64,000 nucleotides of DNA from Anaeramoeba ignava BMAN (Eukaryota; Protista; Anaeramoebae), in assembly GCA_028826165.1 (NCBI GenBank), contig JAPDFW010000074.1, forward strand, positions 186,001 through 250,000, read 5' to 3'. Under the pieces are notes generated by a model. The model ran no database searches. It had not been told where the DNA came from and worked only from the letters and a program-made list of their open reading frames with translations. Made by a program: the position numbers and the translations under genes. Below, in pieces: positions 48,001 through 61,213 of this stretch; the stretch's first letter is position 1, and every line of letters starts with the position of its first letter.

Positions 48001-48644
48001 ATTTTATCTTCATTTTTATTTTCAATTTTGTTTTCATTTTTGTTTTCATTTTTATTTTCAATTTTATCTTCAGTTTTGTTTTCAATTTTGTTTTCAATTT
48101 TATCTTTATTTTTATTTTCAATTTTGTTTTCAATTTTATCTTCAATTTTATTTTCAATTTTATTTTCAATTTTATTTTGAATTGAATTTGGATTTGGTTG
48201 AGGTCTTGGTCGTGGTCTTGGTCTTGGTCTTGTTCTTTGATTAATGGGTTTTGGTCTCGGATTTAAATTCGGATTTTTATTTCGATTAATTCTTTTTTGT
48301 TCTTGAATTGATTTTCTTTTTTCAAAAGATAATTCTTTTTGTTGTTCAAGATCTTTTGTAAAAATATTTTTCTTTTCTTGAATTGAAAAAGATTCAAAAT
48401 CATTTAAAATGTTTTTCCGAGAATCATTTTTATTTCCATTTTTCGGCGTTTGTTCATTTGAATTAGTCTTCTGTTTCTCAAATTTTTTGACTAGTTCAAA
48501 CATTCTACCTGATTTAGAACTTAATGGTTTCATTTTTTCTTGTTTGGATTCATTTTCTTGTTTTGATTGTGTTTTTGTAAGTTGTTTGCTAACAACTTTT
48601 GAATGTGCTTGAAGCTCTTTTAATGTTTGATATTCTTCATACAT
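42012..48644 (-). CDS. RhoGEF-like multidomain protein: KIEN/KIED repeat, IQ, DH, PH, Kelch propeller, basic region, coiled coil, possible PB1-like end
   Basis: IQ motif IQRIVRGFQARK; DH RELIETENSY...ITPVQRIPRY; PH FFLFSDAIFV; Kelch PEPRYSHT...YVFGG, PSPRSGHS...IWIFGG, PPRSWH...LVFGG; last exon includes ORF 42012-43391. Confidence 0.82.
43700..44400. repeat. Intronic 16-18-bp repeat (TTTAAATATTTTTGAA / TTTAAATATTTATTAA)n
   Basis: Intron between Kelch exons. Confidence 0.85.
44797..44933. repeat. Perfect intronic (TTTG)n microsatellite, ~34 copies
   Basis: Starts immediately inside the donor site (GGTAAAC on minus strand) of a Kelch exon. Confidence 0.92.
47410..48180 (-). repeat. Coding 12-bp repeat encoding (KIEN/KIED)n
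   Basis: Frame preserved throughout within ORF 47268-48668. Confidence 0.88.
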
Positions 48645-49050
48645 TTTGCTTTTTCTTTTTAATTTCAATTTTGTAAAAAAAAAATGATTTTTATTTTTTA
48701 TTTTCTTTTTTTTTTTTGTTTTTAAAAAATTAAAAGGAGAAATTTTAATTTTAATTTTAATTTCTTTTTTTTTTCTTTTTTTTTTTTGATCGTTTTATTT
48801 ATTTAAAAATTATTTTATTTGCTTTCAAATTTTTTCTTTTTCCTTATTGAGAATTTTCGCATTTGATTTATTTTTTTTATTTATTTTTGATCTTTAAATG
48901 TTTTTTTTTCTTTTTTTTTTCTTTTCTTTGTTGGATTTTCAATCTAAATTTATCAAAAATTTAATTTAATTTAATTTTTTTTTATTGAAATCAAATTGAA
49001 TTAAAAAAAAGAAAAAGAAAAAGAAAGAATAAACTCAAAGGAGAATAAAG

Positions 49051-50674
49051 CTAAAAATCTACGAACCAACCATTTTCATTTTCATTATCATTTAAATTAT
49101 CATTATCATTATCATTATCATTTTCATTTTGATTTAAATTATCATTAAAATTATAATTAGAATTATAAATATTATCATTATAACTTGGTTTTGTATTTGA
49201 ATCTTTGTTGGAATTTTGGAAATCAAAATTAAATTCATCTAAAAAGTTTTTTTGAGTGTGACTCTTTCCATTTTTTCGAGAAGAATTAGCTTGAATATCC
49301 AAAAAACTTTGATTTTTTCGAGAAGAATTAGCTTGAATATCCAAAAAACTTTGATTTTTTTGAGTTTGTTTTGGAGAAGGGATTTTTTCATTTTGAGTTG
49401 AATTTGAAGAATCAAAAAGATCATCGAATAAACCTTTTGTATCTTTTTGAGATTGTTTATTTAAAGAATTTTTTGGATGAAAATTTTCTTCTGATTTTTT
49501 TGAATTTGGATTTAAAAAAGGAAACATATCATCATCATCTTTTTCATCTTCTTTTAGACTTGAGATGACTTGATTAGCAAAACCATGAAGAGAATTAAAG
49601 AATTTTTTACCTCCTTGTTTAATTGCATTGAAAGCTTTTTCCACTTTATCAGAAACTTGGTCCCAATCAAAGTTATCATTATCTTGTTTTTTATATAAAT
49701 TAGGATTTTGACTTTGTGTATGAATAATTTTTTGTTGATAATTTTTATGATTTTGTTGATAATTTTTATGATTTTGTTGATAATTTTGTGATTTATCATT
49801 TCCAAAATCAAAATCCCAAGATTTTTGTGAATCAAAAGAATCAATTTTTTCTTGTTGCTTTTTTTTCTTGTTGCTTTTTTTCTTGTTGATTTTTTTCTTG
49901 TTGCTGTTTTTTTGCTTCTTGATTTGCAAATAAAATTTGGTTTTCAGAATTTATTTGATCAAGTGAATTTTGTGAAATATTTCGCGGAGTTTGTTTTGAT
50001 TCTTGCTTTGGAGAATAAGGCTGAGAAAAGGATTTACTTTTATGAAAACCACTTAACGTTAAACGAGAAGAAGAAGTTGTTTTACTTGATTTAAAATTTT
50101 TAAAATGGGGTTGATAATTATAATTTTGGGATTGATTTTTATCTTCTAATAAATTATTAGGTTTTTTATTTTGAATTGGATTTTCAAAAGGATTTTTCAC
50201 TTGATTCTTTGGTTCTTGATCATCTTCCTCAAAATCAATAATATTTTCCTGAGAATCTTCATCAGAACTTTCAGCTGATTCTGTTTCTTGTTTTACATTT
50301 TGATTTTCATCTTGCAAAGAACACAATTCATCAAGATGATTTTTATAAAGTTTTGCAATATTTGAATTATATTTTTGTTTTGCGTCCATTTGAGAAGAAA
50401 TTCCATGAGTTCTAAAAAATTGGGCAGCATTAGAATTTCCGCCGCATTTCATTCTCTTGATTTGCTGAGCATTCCATGAATCAAGGGTGGTTGAGCGAAC
50501 AAGTGTAATATGAACACCAAGTGAACGATGAACTCCTGCACAATTTAAACAAATATAAACTCCAAATCCTAAAGATGCCCAAGTTGGATTTGATGCGCCG
50601 CAATCAAAACATCTTCGGTTTGCGTTTTGTCTTCTTAATTTACTTAGTTCTATTTTCCATTCGTCTTGATCCAT
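49051..50674 (-). CDS. ArfGAP (ArfGAP1/2/3-like) with one apparent homopolymer frameshift near 49860
   Basis: CFDC-x16-CLNC zinc finger with HRSLGVHITLVRS; ORFs 49841-50674 and 49051-49929 join by deleting one base from the T8 run 49859-49866; aromatic-acidic motifs (WDFDF, FDWD, FDDLFD, WFVDF) in the tail. Confidence 0.88.
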
Positions 50675-50857
50675 TTATTTTATATTCAAAAAATTTTTCT
50701 AAAAAAAAAAAATGAAAAAATAAAAAATGAAAAAAAAAATTTTTTTTTAAATTTTATTCAAAAACAATTTCAAAAGAAAAAAGAAAAAAAGAAAAAAAGA
50801 AAAAATGAAAAATGAAAGAAATTTCAAAGTAAAAAAAAAAAATTAAAGAAATGGAAA

Positions 50858-51823
50858 TTAAACTTGATAAACATTTGAAACATTTGTTAATCTTTGATTT
50901 GAATTTGGTAAAATTAATTCAGAAAAATTCCATTCTTGATCTGAACTTATATCATCAGAAGAAAGAGAAAAATCAATAGAAGGATGAATATTAGACGAGA
51001 AAAGAGGATCTTTAGAAGAGGAATAAGAAGAAGAACTTGGAGGAGGAGGATAAAAACAGAAAACAAGTAAATCAATTAAAATTCCTCCAATCAAATCAAG
51101 AACAAAATGATGCCACAAATAAACTGCAGATAAACCAAGTAAAATTGAATAAGCCCATAGCCAAATGGACCTTCTATTCTCATAAAAGATCCAGAAAAAG
51201 GGCCATGCAAAATGCAATGAAGGAAACGATCCAAAAACAATATTTGATTTGGAATAAATATTTGCAAAAAGAGGATAGTTGATTAGGTTATCCACTCTTT
51301 GTAGCCCAGCTGGATCCCCTTTTATTAAGAAAGACCCTATTGTACCGCTATCTATGCATTTCTCCCAAAACCACGGTGGCGAGGTCGGGATAACGAGCTG
51401 TATCAGGACACCAACTGTGTTGACTAATCCAAGACACCACACTAAATACGCAATTCGTTTTGGATCGCGATATTTCCACCAAAGATATAATGAAAGAGCT
51501 AACGGCAAAGAGTAATGTATTATATATAATGTTGCTGCGAGGATATCAAACACAGGATTGATAAATTGTGACATCCATCGATGAAGAAATCCATGGAAAA
51601 GTTCATATTCAAATGCCGGTAATCCGTTGACATCAATTTTGGGAATAAATTTTTCTGGTAAAAGTTTAAAGAAACTTGGTAAAGCTACATAACTTAACAT
51701 CGGAATTAATGATAACATTAATCTTGTTGAAATCCATGGGAATTTATTCGTTATTCCTGGTCCAGCTCCACATATCCATTTAGGCCATTTAACTTCACTT
51801 TCTTTTATCGTTTTTTCTTTCAT
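50858..51823 (-). CDS. AUR1: AUR1-type inositol phosphorylceramide synthase homolog (PAP2 superfamily)
   Basis: Motifs PTSPPW, GDPAGLQRVD, FGSFPSLH, YLWHHFVLDLIGG (H-H-D triad), multiple TM segments. Confidence 0.85.
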   Translation of the reverse strand: MKEKTIKESEVKWPKWICGAGPGITNKFPWISTRLMLSLIPMLSYVALPSFFKLLPEKFIPKIDVNGLPAFEYELFHGFLHRWMSQFINPVFDILAATLYIIHYSLPLALSLYLWWKYRDPKRIAYLVWCLGLVNTVGVLIQLVIPTSPPWFWEKCIDSGTIGSFLIKGDPAGLQRVDNLINYPLFANIYSKSNIVFGSFPSLHFAWPFFWIFYENRRSIWLWAYSILLGLSAVYLWHHFVLDLIGGILIDLLVFCFYPPPPSSSSYSSSKDPLFSSNIHPSIDFSLSSDDISSDQEWNFSELILPNSNQRLTNVSNVYQV

Positions 51824-51964
51824 TTTTTAATTTTTTTTATTCTTTTTCAATTTGAATTGGTCAACAAAAAAAAAAAAAGAATTTGATAATAAAAAAATAA
51901 AAATGAAAATTAAAAAAAAAAATGAAAAAAATAAAAAAATATTTTTTTGCTTCGTGTCACTTTT

Positions 51965-54900
51965 TATTTATTAATTCTCTTATTTAAATTTATTTTAATT
52001 TATTATTTTATCTTTATTTATAAATTTATTTTTAAATTTTATTATTAATTTTCTTATTAAAAAATTAATCAAATTTATTATTAAATTTATATTAATTTTG
52101 AAATTTATTTTAATTTATAAATTCATTTAAATTTATTTTTAATTTATTATTTTATATTTATTTATAAATTTATTTTTAAATTTTTATTATTAAATTTCTT
52201 ATTAAAAAATTAATCAAATTTATTATTTAATTTATATTAATTTTGGAATATATTTTAATTTATTAATTTATTTAAATTCTATTTTTAATTTATTATTTTA
52301 TCTTTATTTATAAATTTATTTTTAAATTTTATTATTAATTTTCTTATTAAAAATTAATCAAATTTATTATTAAATTTATATTAATTTTGAAATTTATTTT
52401 AATTTATAAATTTATTTAAATTCTATTTTTAATTTATTATTTTATCTTTATTTATAAATTTATTTTTAAATTTTTATTATTAATTTTCTTATTAAAAATT
52501 ATTCAAATTTATTATTAAATTTATATTAATTTTGGAATATATTTTAATTTATTAAATTTATTTAAATTTATTTTTAATTTATTATTTTATCTTTATTTAT
52601 AAATTTATTTTTAAATTTTATGATCTATTTTATTATTAAAAAAATTAATCAATTTTATTATTAAATTTATATTAATTTTAGAATTTATTTTAATTTATAA
52701 ATTTATTTAAATTTATTTTAATTTATTATTTTATATTTATTTATAAATTTATTTTTAAATTTTATGATCTATTTTATTATTAAAAAATTAATCAATTTTA
52801 TTATTTAATTTATATTAATTTTTGGAATATATTTTAATTTATTAATTTATTTAAATTTATTTTAATTTATTATTTTATATTTATTTATAAATTTATTTTT
52901 AAATTTTATGATCTATTTTATTATTAAAAAATTAATCAAATTTATTATTAAATTTATATTAATTTTGGAATATATTTTAATTTATTAATTTATTTAAATT
53001 TTATTTTTAATTTATTATTTTATATTTATTTATAAATTTATTTTTAAATTTTATGATTAATTTTATTATTAAAAAATTATTCAATTTTATTATTAAATTT
53101 ATATTAATTTTGGAATTTATTTTAATTTATTAATTTATTTAAATTTATTTTAATTTATTATTTTATCTTTTATTTATAAATTTATTTTTTAAATTTTTAT
53201 GATCTATTTTCTTATTAAAAAATTAATCAATTTTATTATTAAATTTATATTAATTTTGGAATTTATTTTAATTTATAAATTTATTTTTAATTTATTTTAA
53301 TTTATTATTTTTATATTTATTTATAAATTTATTTTTAAATTTTATTATTTATTTTATTATTAAAAAATTAATCAATTTTATTATTAAATTTATATTAATT
53401 TTGGAATATATTTTAATTTATAAATTTATTTAAATTTATTTTTAATTTATTATTTTATATTTATTTATAAATTTATTTTTAAATTTTTATTATTAATTTT
53501 ATTATTAAAAAATTAATTAATTTTATTATTAAATTTATATTAATTTTGGAATTTATTTTAATTTATAAATTTATTTAAATTTATTTTAATTTATTATTTT
53601 ATATTTATTTATAAATTTATTTTATAAATTTTATTATTAAATTTTATTATTAAAAAATTAATCAAATTTATTATTAAATTTATATTAATTTTGAAATTTA
53701 TTTTAATTTATAAATTTATTTAAATTTATTTTTAATTTATTATTTTATCTTTATTTATAAATTTATTTTTAAATTTTTATTATTAATTTTATTATTAAAA
53801 AATTAATCAATTTTATTATTAAATTTATATTAATTTTGGAATATATTTTAATTTATAAATTTATTTAATTTTTATTTTTAATTTATTATTTTTATATTTA
53901 TTTATAAATTTATTTTTAAATTTTTATTATTAATTTTATTATTAAAAATTAATCAATTTTATTATTAAATTTATATTAATTTTGAAATTTATTTTAATTT
54001 ATAAATTTATTTAAATTTATTTTTAATTTATTATTTTATATTTATTTATAAATTTATTTTTAAATTTTTATTATTAATTTTATTATTAAAAATTAATCAA
54101 TTTTATTATTAAATTTATATTAATTTTGAAATATATTTTAATTTATAAATTTATTTAAATTTATTTTTAATTTATTATTTTATATTTATTTATAAATTTA
54201 TTTTTAAATTTTTATTATTAATTTTTCTTATTAAAAAATTAATCAAATTTATTATTTAATTTATATTAATTTTGGAATATATTTTAATTTATAAATTTAT
54301 TTAAATTTATTTTAATTTATTATTTTATATTTATTTATAAATTTATTTTTAAATTTTATTATTTATTTTCTTATTAAAAATTAATCAAATTTATTATTAA
54401 ATTTATATTAATTTTGAAATTTATTTTAATTTATAAATTTATTTAAATTTATTTTAATTTATTATTTTATCTTTATTTATAAATTTATTTATAAATTTTT
54501 ATTATTAAATTTATTATTAAAAATTAATCAAATTTATTATTAAATTTATATTAATTTTAGAATTTATTTTAATTTATAAATTTATTTAAATTTTATTTTT
54601 AATTTATTATTTTATATTTATTTATAAATTTATTTTTAAATTTTTATTATTAAATTTATTATTAAAAAAATTAATCAATTTTATTATTTAATTTATATTA
54701 ATTTTGGAATTTATTTTAATTTATTAATTTATTTAAATTTTATTTTTAATTTATTATTTTATCTTTATTTATAAATTTATTTTTAAATTTTATGATCTAT
54801 TTTATTATTAAAAATTAATCAATTTTATTATTAAATTTATATTAATTTTGGAATTTATTTTAATTTATTAATTTATTTAAATTTTATTTTTAATTTATTA

Positions 54901-57651
54901 TTTTATATTTATTTATAAATTTATTTTTAAATTTTATGATCTATTTTATTATTAAAAATTAATCAAATTTATTATTTAATTTATATTAATTTTGAAATTT
55001 ATTTTAATTTATTAATTTATTTAAATTTATTTTAATTTATTATTTTATATTTATTTATAAATTTATTTTTAAATTTTATTATTTATTTTCTTATTAAAAA
55101 TTAATCAAATTCATTATTAAATTTATATTAATTTTGGAATTTATTTTAATTTATAAATTTATTTAAATTTATTTTTAATTTATTATTTTATATTTATTTA
55201 TAAATTTATTTTTAAATTTTTATTATTAATTTTATTATTAAAAATTAATCAATTTTATTATTAAATTTATATTAATTTTGAAATTTATTTTAATTTATAA
55301 ATTTATTTAAATTTATTTTTAATTTATTATTTTATATTTATTTATAAATTTATTTTTAAATTTTTATTATTTATTTTATTATTAAAAATTAATCAAATTT
55401 ATTATTAAATTTATATTAATTTTGGAATATATTTTAATTTATAAATTTATTTAAATTTATTTTTAATTTATTATTTTTATATTTATTTATAAATTTATTT
55501 TTAATTTTTATTATTTATTTTATTATTAAAAATTAATCAATTTTATTATTAAATTTATATTAATTTTGGAATTTATTTTAATTTATTAATTTATTTAAAT
55601 TTATTTTAATTTATTATTTTATCTTTATTTATAAATTTATTTTTAAATTTTATGATCTATTTTATTATTAAAAATTAATCAATTTTATTATTAATTTTAT
55701 ATTAATTTTGAAATTTATTTTAATTTATAAATTTATTTAAATTTATTTTAATTTATTTTTATATTTATTTATAAATTTATTTTTAATTTTTATTATTAAT
55801 TTTATTATTAAAAATTAATCAAATTTATTATTAAATTTATATTAATTTTGAAATTTATTTTAATTTATAAATTTATTTAATTCTATTTTTAATTTATTAT
55901 TTTATATTTATTTATAAATTTATTTTTAAATTTTTATTATTAATTTTATTATTAAAAATTAATTAATTTTTATTATTAAATTTATATTAATTTTGGAATT
56001 TATTTTAATTTATAAATTTATTTAATTTTATTTTTAATTTATTATTTTATCTTTATTTATAAATTTATTTTTAAATTTTATGATCTATTTTATTATTAAA
56101 AATTAATCAAATTTATTATTTAATTTATATTAATTTTTGAAATTTATTTTAATTTATTAATTTATTTTAATTTATTTTAATTTATTATTTTATATTTATT
56201 TATAAATTTATTTTTAAATTTTTATTATTAATTTTATTATTAAAAAATTAATCAAATTTATTATTTAATTTATATTAATTTTGGAATTTATTTTAATTTA
56301 TAAATTTATTTAAATTTATTTTAATTTATTATTTTTATATTTATTTATAAATTTATTTTTAAATTTTATGATCTATTTTATTATTAAAAATTAATCAAAT
56401 TTATTATTTAATTTATATTAATTTTGGAATTTATTTTAATTTATTAATTTATTTAGATTTATTTTAATTTATTATTTTATATTTATTTATAAATTTATTT
56501 TTAAATTTTATTATTAATTTTATTATTAAAAAAATTAATCAAATTTATTATTAAATTTATATTAATTTTGGAATTTATTTTAATTTATAAATTTATTTAA
56601 TTTTATTTTAATTTATTATTTTATCTTTATTTATAAATTTATTTTTAATTTTTATTATTAATTTTATTATTAAAAATGAATCAAATTTATTATTAAATTT
56701 ATATTAATTTTAAAATTTATTTTAATTTATAAATTTATTTAAATTTATTTTAATTTATTATTTTATATTTATTTATAAATTTATTTATAAATTTTATTAT
56801 TAATTTTATTATTAAAAAATTAATCAAATTTATTATTTAATTTATATTAATTTTTGAAATATATTTTAATTTATAAATTTATTTAATTCTATTTTTAATT
56901 TATTATTTTATATTTATTTATAAATTTATTTTTAATTTTTATTTTTAATTTTCTTATTAAAAATTAATTAATTTTATTATTTAATTTATATTAATTTTGG
57001 AATTTATTTTAATTTATAAATTTATTTAAATTTATTTTTAATTTATTATTTTATCTTTATTTATAAATTTATTTTTAAATTTTATTATTAATTTTATTAT
57101 TAAAAATTAATCAAATTTATTATTAAATTTATTTTAATTTTGAAATATATTTTAATTTATTAATTTATTTAGATTTATTTTTAATTTATTATTTTATCTT
57201 TATTTATAAATTTATTTTTAAATTTTTATTATTAATTTTATTATTAAAAATTAATCAAATTTATTATTAAATTTATATTAATTTTGAAATATATTTTAAT
57301 TTATTAATTTATTTAGATTTATTTTTAATTTATTATTTTATCTTTATTTATAAATTTATTTTTAAATTTTATGATCTATTTTATTATTAAAAATAAAGGA
57401 ATCAATTTTTTTTTATTAACTTTTTATTAAATTTGAAATATATTTTAATTTATAAATTTATTTTAATTTATTATTTTATATTTATTTATAAATTTATTTT
57501 TAATTTTTTATTATTAATTTTATTATTAAAAAATTAATCAAATTTATTATTAAATTTATATTAATTTTGGAATATATTTTAATTTATAAATTTATTTAAA
57601 TTTATTTCAATTTATTTTTTTATATTTATTTATAAATTTATTTTTAAATTT
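51965..57651. repeat. ~144-bp AT satellite, roughly 39-40 tandem copies, intergenic
   Basis: Marker TTAATCAAATTTATTA ends AATC at 52070, 52215 and 52359 (period 144-145) and recurs to ~57540; only a few G/C per unit. Confidence 0.93.
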
Positions 57652-60600
57652 TTATTTTTGGTTTTTGTTTAATTCAGAATAAAACAAAACTAATTGAGAA
57701 AAAATTGGGATAATTTGAATTAAATTAGAAGAATCAATATTATTTTCCGATTCAATAACAAAATTGATAATTTTTAAGAAAAATTGATTTTCTTTTTTGA
57801 ACAAAGTTTTTTGTAAAATTTGATTTTTGTTTTCTTTTTCATGATTTTCTTTTTCATCATTTTCGGTTGGAGAAAGTTTTTCTGATATTTTTTCTGCTTT
57901 GCAAATTATAGATTCGGGGATTCCAGCCATTTTAGCAACATTAATCCCAAATGAAACAGGACAAGAACCTTCAACCAATTTATAAAGCAATACAATATTT
58001 TTGGAATCATTCAGACTGGAATAACTCATATAAAAGTTTCCAACATTTGGAAACAAAGAAAACTCATCACAAAGTGAATGATGATGAGTTGAGAATAGCA
58101 ATCTACAGGATTTTTCTTGACTAAAATATTTCAGGACAGAATATGCAATAGAAAAGCCATCTTCAGTGCTTGTTCCTCTTCCAAGCTCATCAAGAATAAC
58201 AAGTGATTTTTGTGTTGAATTTTTGAGAATGATTGATGTTTCTTTGAGTTCAACCATGAATGTTGATTCTCCATACATGATATTATCATTAGCACCAATT
58301 CTTGTGAATATTCTATCAACAGGCGTTAGAAAACAGCTTTCTGCAGGAACATAGCATCCAATTTGCGAAAGAATAACCGCGATACAAGCTTGTCTCAAAA
58401 GAGTTGATTTTCCTTATTTATTTTTTAAAAAATTTGTTATGAATTCAAATGATATTTTTGTTGATTTTTTGTTTTATTTTGTTTAATACCTGCCATATTT
58501 GGACCAGTGATAATTAATGTATTTGGTTTTTTCTCTTCGTCTTTTGATCCAAGAATAATGTCATTTGGTATAAATGTGGATATTCTTGGTTTGATACATG
58601 GATGAATTAAATTTCTGACTTCCAAAAATTCTTGATTTTTATAATCTTTTGGATTGCATAATATTGGGCGACAACTTCCATCTTTTTGATTTTTAAAAAA
58701 TATATATATTAATATTTATAAATTTTATATATTTTAAAAATTTATTATATTTTATATATTTTGAAATTGATTTTTTAATACCATCCCATAAAGAACTAAC
58801 AACACAAAAACTAATTAAACAATCTAATTCTCCAAGATATTTAACAGACTCTTTCCATTTCAAATAAAAAACATCAAATTTTTTCATCAAATCCAAATGG
58901 AATGAAGTTGATATTTTTTCGTGTACATTTTCATCTTCGAGAATTTTTTGGCACATTTTGCGGATATAAGGATTCCAGTATCTTGACTTGATTTTTGTTT
59001 GACTAACAATATAGAAATCATCTGGAATCCCGATATTTTCAACAACATCTTTTGGGATTTCGAGTTGAAATCGGTTTGCGCCGATATCCTTAAAGACAAT
59101 TTCTTCGCACCCAAAAAACTCGCGTTGTTCCTTGAGAAACATTTGCAATTTTGCCTTGTGTTTGGATAACTTTTCCAAAACGCGATTATATTCAATTGTT
59201 TTTGGATCCAAAGAGTCTTGTTTTGGAATCAATTTTTTTTGCTTTTTTGTTTCCTGATGATCAAAGCAGTCCTCAATTTGATCAATTTCATTCTTCAAGT
59301 CAGGAAAAGATGAGTTTTTTGAGACAAGTTTTTGGAGATGAACAAGATCCATTTGAGCTGATATTTTTTCAAATTCATCAAAAATTTCCACCAGCAATTT
59401 AAACCCATTGATTGCACTTAAAAATTGCTCCAAATTGGATTTTCCTGAATGGATTCTTGATATTGATCTTTCCAAATCAGGCAATTTGGAAATTTTTTTG
59501 CGCAACAAATCAAGAATATTTGGGGATATCTTTGCGATATCATCAACGATATCGAGTCTTCTGTTGATTTCTTTAATATCAACCAGTGGACGAGTTATCC
59601 ATTGGCGAAGTAATCGTGATCCGATGTTTGAGCAGCAATGATTCAAAATTTGGAACAGTGTTCCTTCTTCGCTTCTGTCGTTTGTGTTTTGAAAAAGCTC
59701 CAAATTCACAATAACTTGTGCATCCATGACAAGAAACTTGTTTGTCTCCATCATGTCATAATATTGGATATTTCCAAGTGAAACAATATCATCCTCCAAT
59801 TCGAGTGAATTTAAATAGTATATGCAAGCTCCAAAACAAGAAAGCAAGAGAAATTGTGATTTTTGTGCTGCCTTCTCCAAGCATTCGGGATTTTGCTTGA
59901 AAAAACGTGTGTTTTTTTTCTCTTGGAAATCATCTATTGCTTTTTCAGCTGTCCAAAATTGTTTTTCAGGTGTCAAAAAGTTGATCAATGGGAAATCAAT
60001 AATTTTCTTAATAATCTTGACTATTTGTTGATTTGATTTTGTTTTTTCAAGTAGAAATTCCCCTGGTTTAATCTGGAAAAGCAGTGTTTCAAATTTGCTG
60101 TGATAAATATCATCCTCAAACTCAGTGATATAAATTGTGGAAGTGGATGTATCAACAAAACAGACTCCAATTTGGATCCCAAAATTTGTTGGATTTATTG
60201 CTTCTTTGACAGATAACAAATAAGTTGAATTGGAAGTTGGTATTAAATTCTCATCAACAAGAGTTCCTATTGTGAATTTCTGTGTCAATTCTCTTTCCAA
60301 AACGGGTTGGTTAAAGATATTTTGATTTTTATTTTTATTATTCATTTTTCTATCAATATCTGTTTCTGTCTGTTCAACTTTTCCCACTTTAAATCCATAA
60401 GCAACAAATTTTGAAATCCAAAAATCAAGACTTGAAGCTGGAACTCCTGCCATTTTACTTCTTCTTGACATTGTTAATTTCAAATCAAATAAATCATGTC
60501 CAATTTGTGCGTCTCTGAATGAATATTTTTTATAAAAATGAAATGATTTTAAAAATCAAAAAAAGAAAAAAATTATTTGTTTGTTTTTTGTTTTTTTCTA

Positions 60601-61091
60601 CAATTCATAAAGTTCCTATAAATTAAATTAATTTAAATCCAAATCCAAATAAAAAGAAAATTCAATAAGAATTTTAAATTTTGATTTTAATTTTGATATA
60701 AATTTAATTGTACATAAAAATTCCCTTTTTTGAAAAATAAAATTGTGTCAAAATTTTTCTTCTTAATTTCCCAATATTGTCTTTCAAATTTAGACATTCT
60801 TTTCATTTCACTTTCAGAAATATAAAGAGTTGAAGAATCATAACCTTCATTTCCTGGATTTAATTTATTTTCGTCTCTAATTTTCCTCAAAAATTTAAAT
60901 TCTGAAGAAATTCCAAATGTTTTATTTTGTTTTTCAGAAATGTATAATAAATCTTGTTGTTTTTCTTCAATAATTTCATCTTCTTCCAAAAATTGAGTGA
61001 TAGAAAATATTTTATCACTTAATGTTTCCTTTTCTAAATTTTCATTTGATTTTTCAATTTTATTAATTGAAATTTGATTTAAATTATTCAT
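57652..61091 (-). CDS. MSH6: DNA mismatch repair protein MSH6, multi-exon
   Basis: YDSSTLYI...FERQYWEIK...FFKKGNFY/ELYE/LDAQIG (Phe-X-Glu), Walker A GPNMA/GKST, DRIFTRIGA, ESTFMVEL, Walker B ILDELGRGTST, LFSTHHH, SFGINVAKMAG. Confidence 0.95.
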
Positions 61092-61110
61092 TAACTTTTA
61101 AAATGTAAAA

Positions 61111-61150
61111 AAAATGAAAAATGAAAAATGAAAAATGAAAAATGAAAAAA
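61111..61150 (-). promoter_or_regulatory. Tandem TTTTCAT(TT) initiator-like elements upstream of MSH6
   Basis: Several copies 20-60 nt upstream of the ATG in sense orientation; the same motif precedes most genes in the window. Confidence 0.45.
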
Positions 61151-61213
61151 ATTTTTTTATTATAAATAATGTTTGAATAAAAAAATAAAACAAAAAAATT
61201 TACATTTCCATTT

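Noticed and set aside
49841-49929. Programmed ribosomal frameshift in ArfGAP
   Set aside because: A single extra base in a homopolymer (T8 versus T7 in the neighbouring repeat unit) is more simply a sequencing error; no stimulatory structure is evident. Needs a read check.
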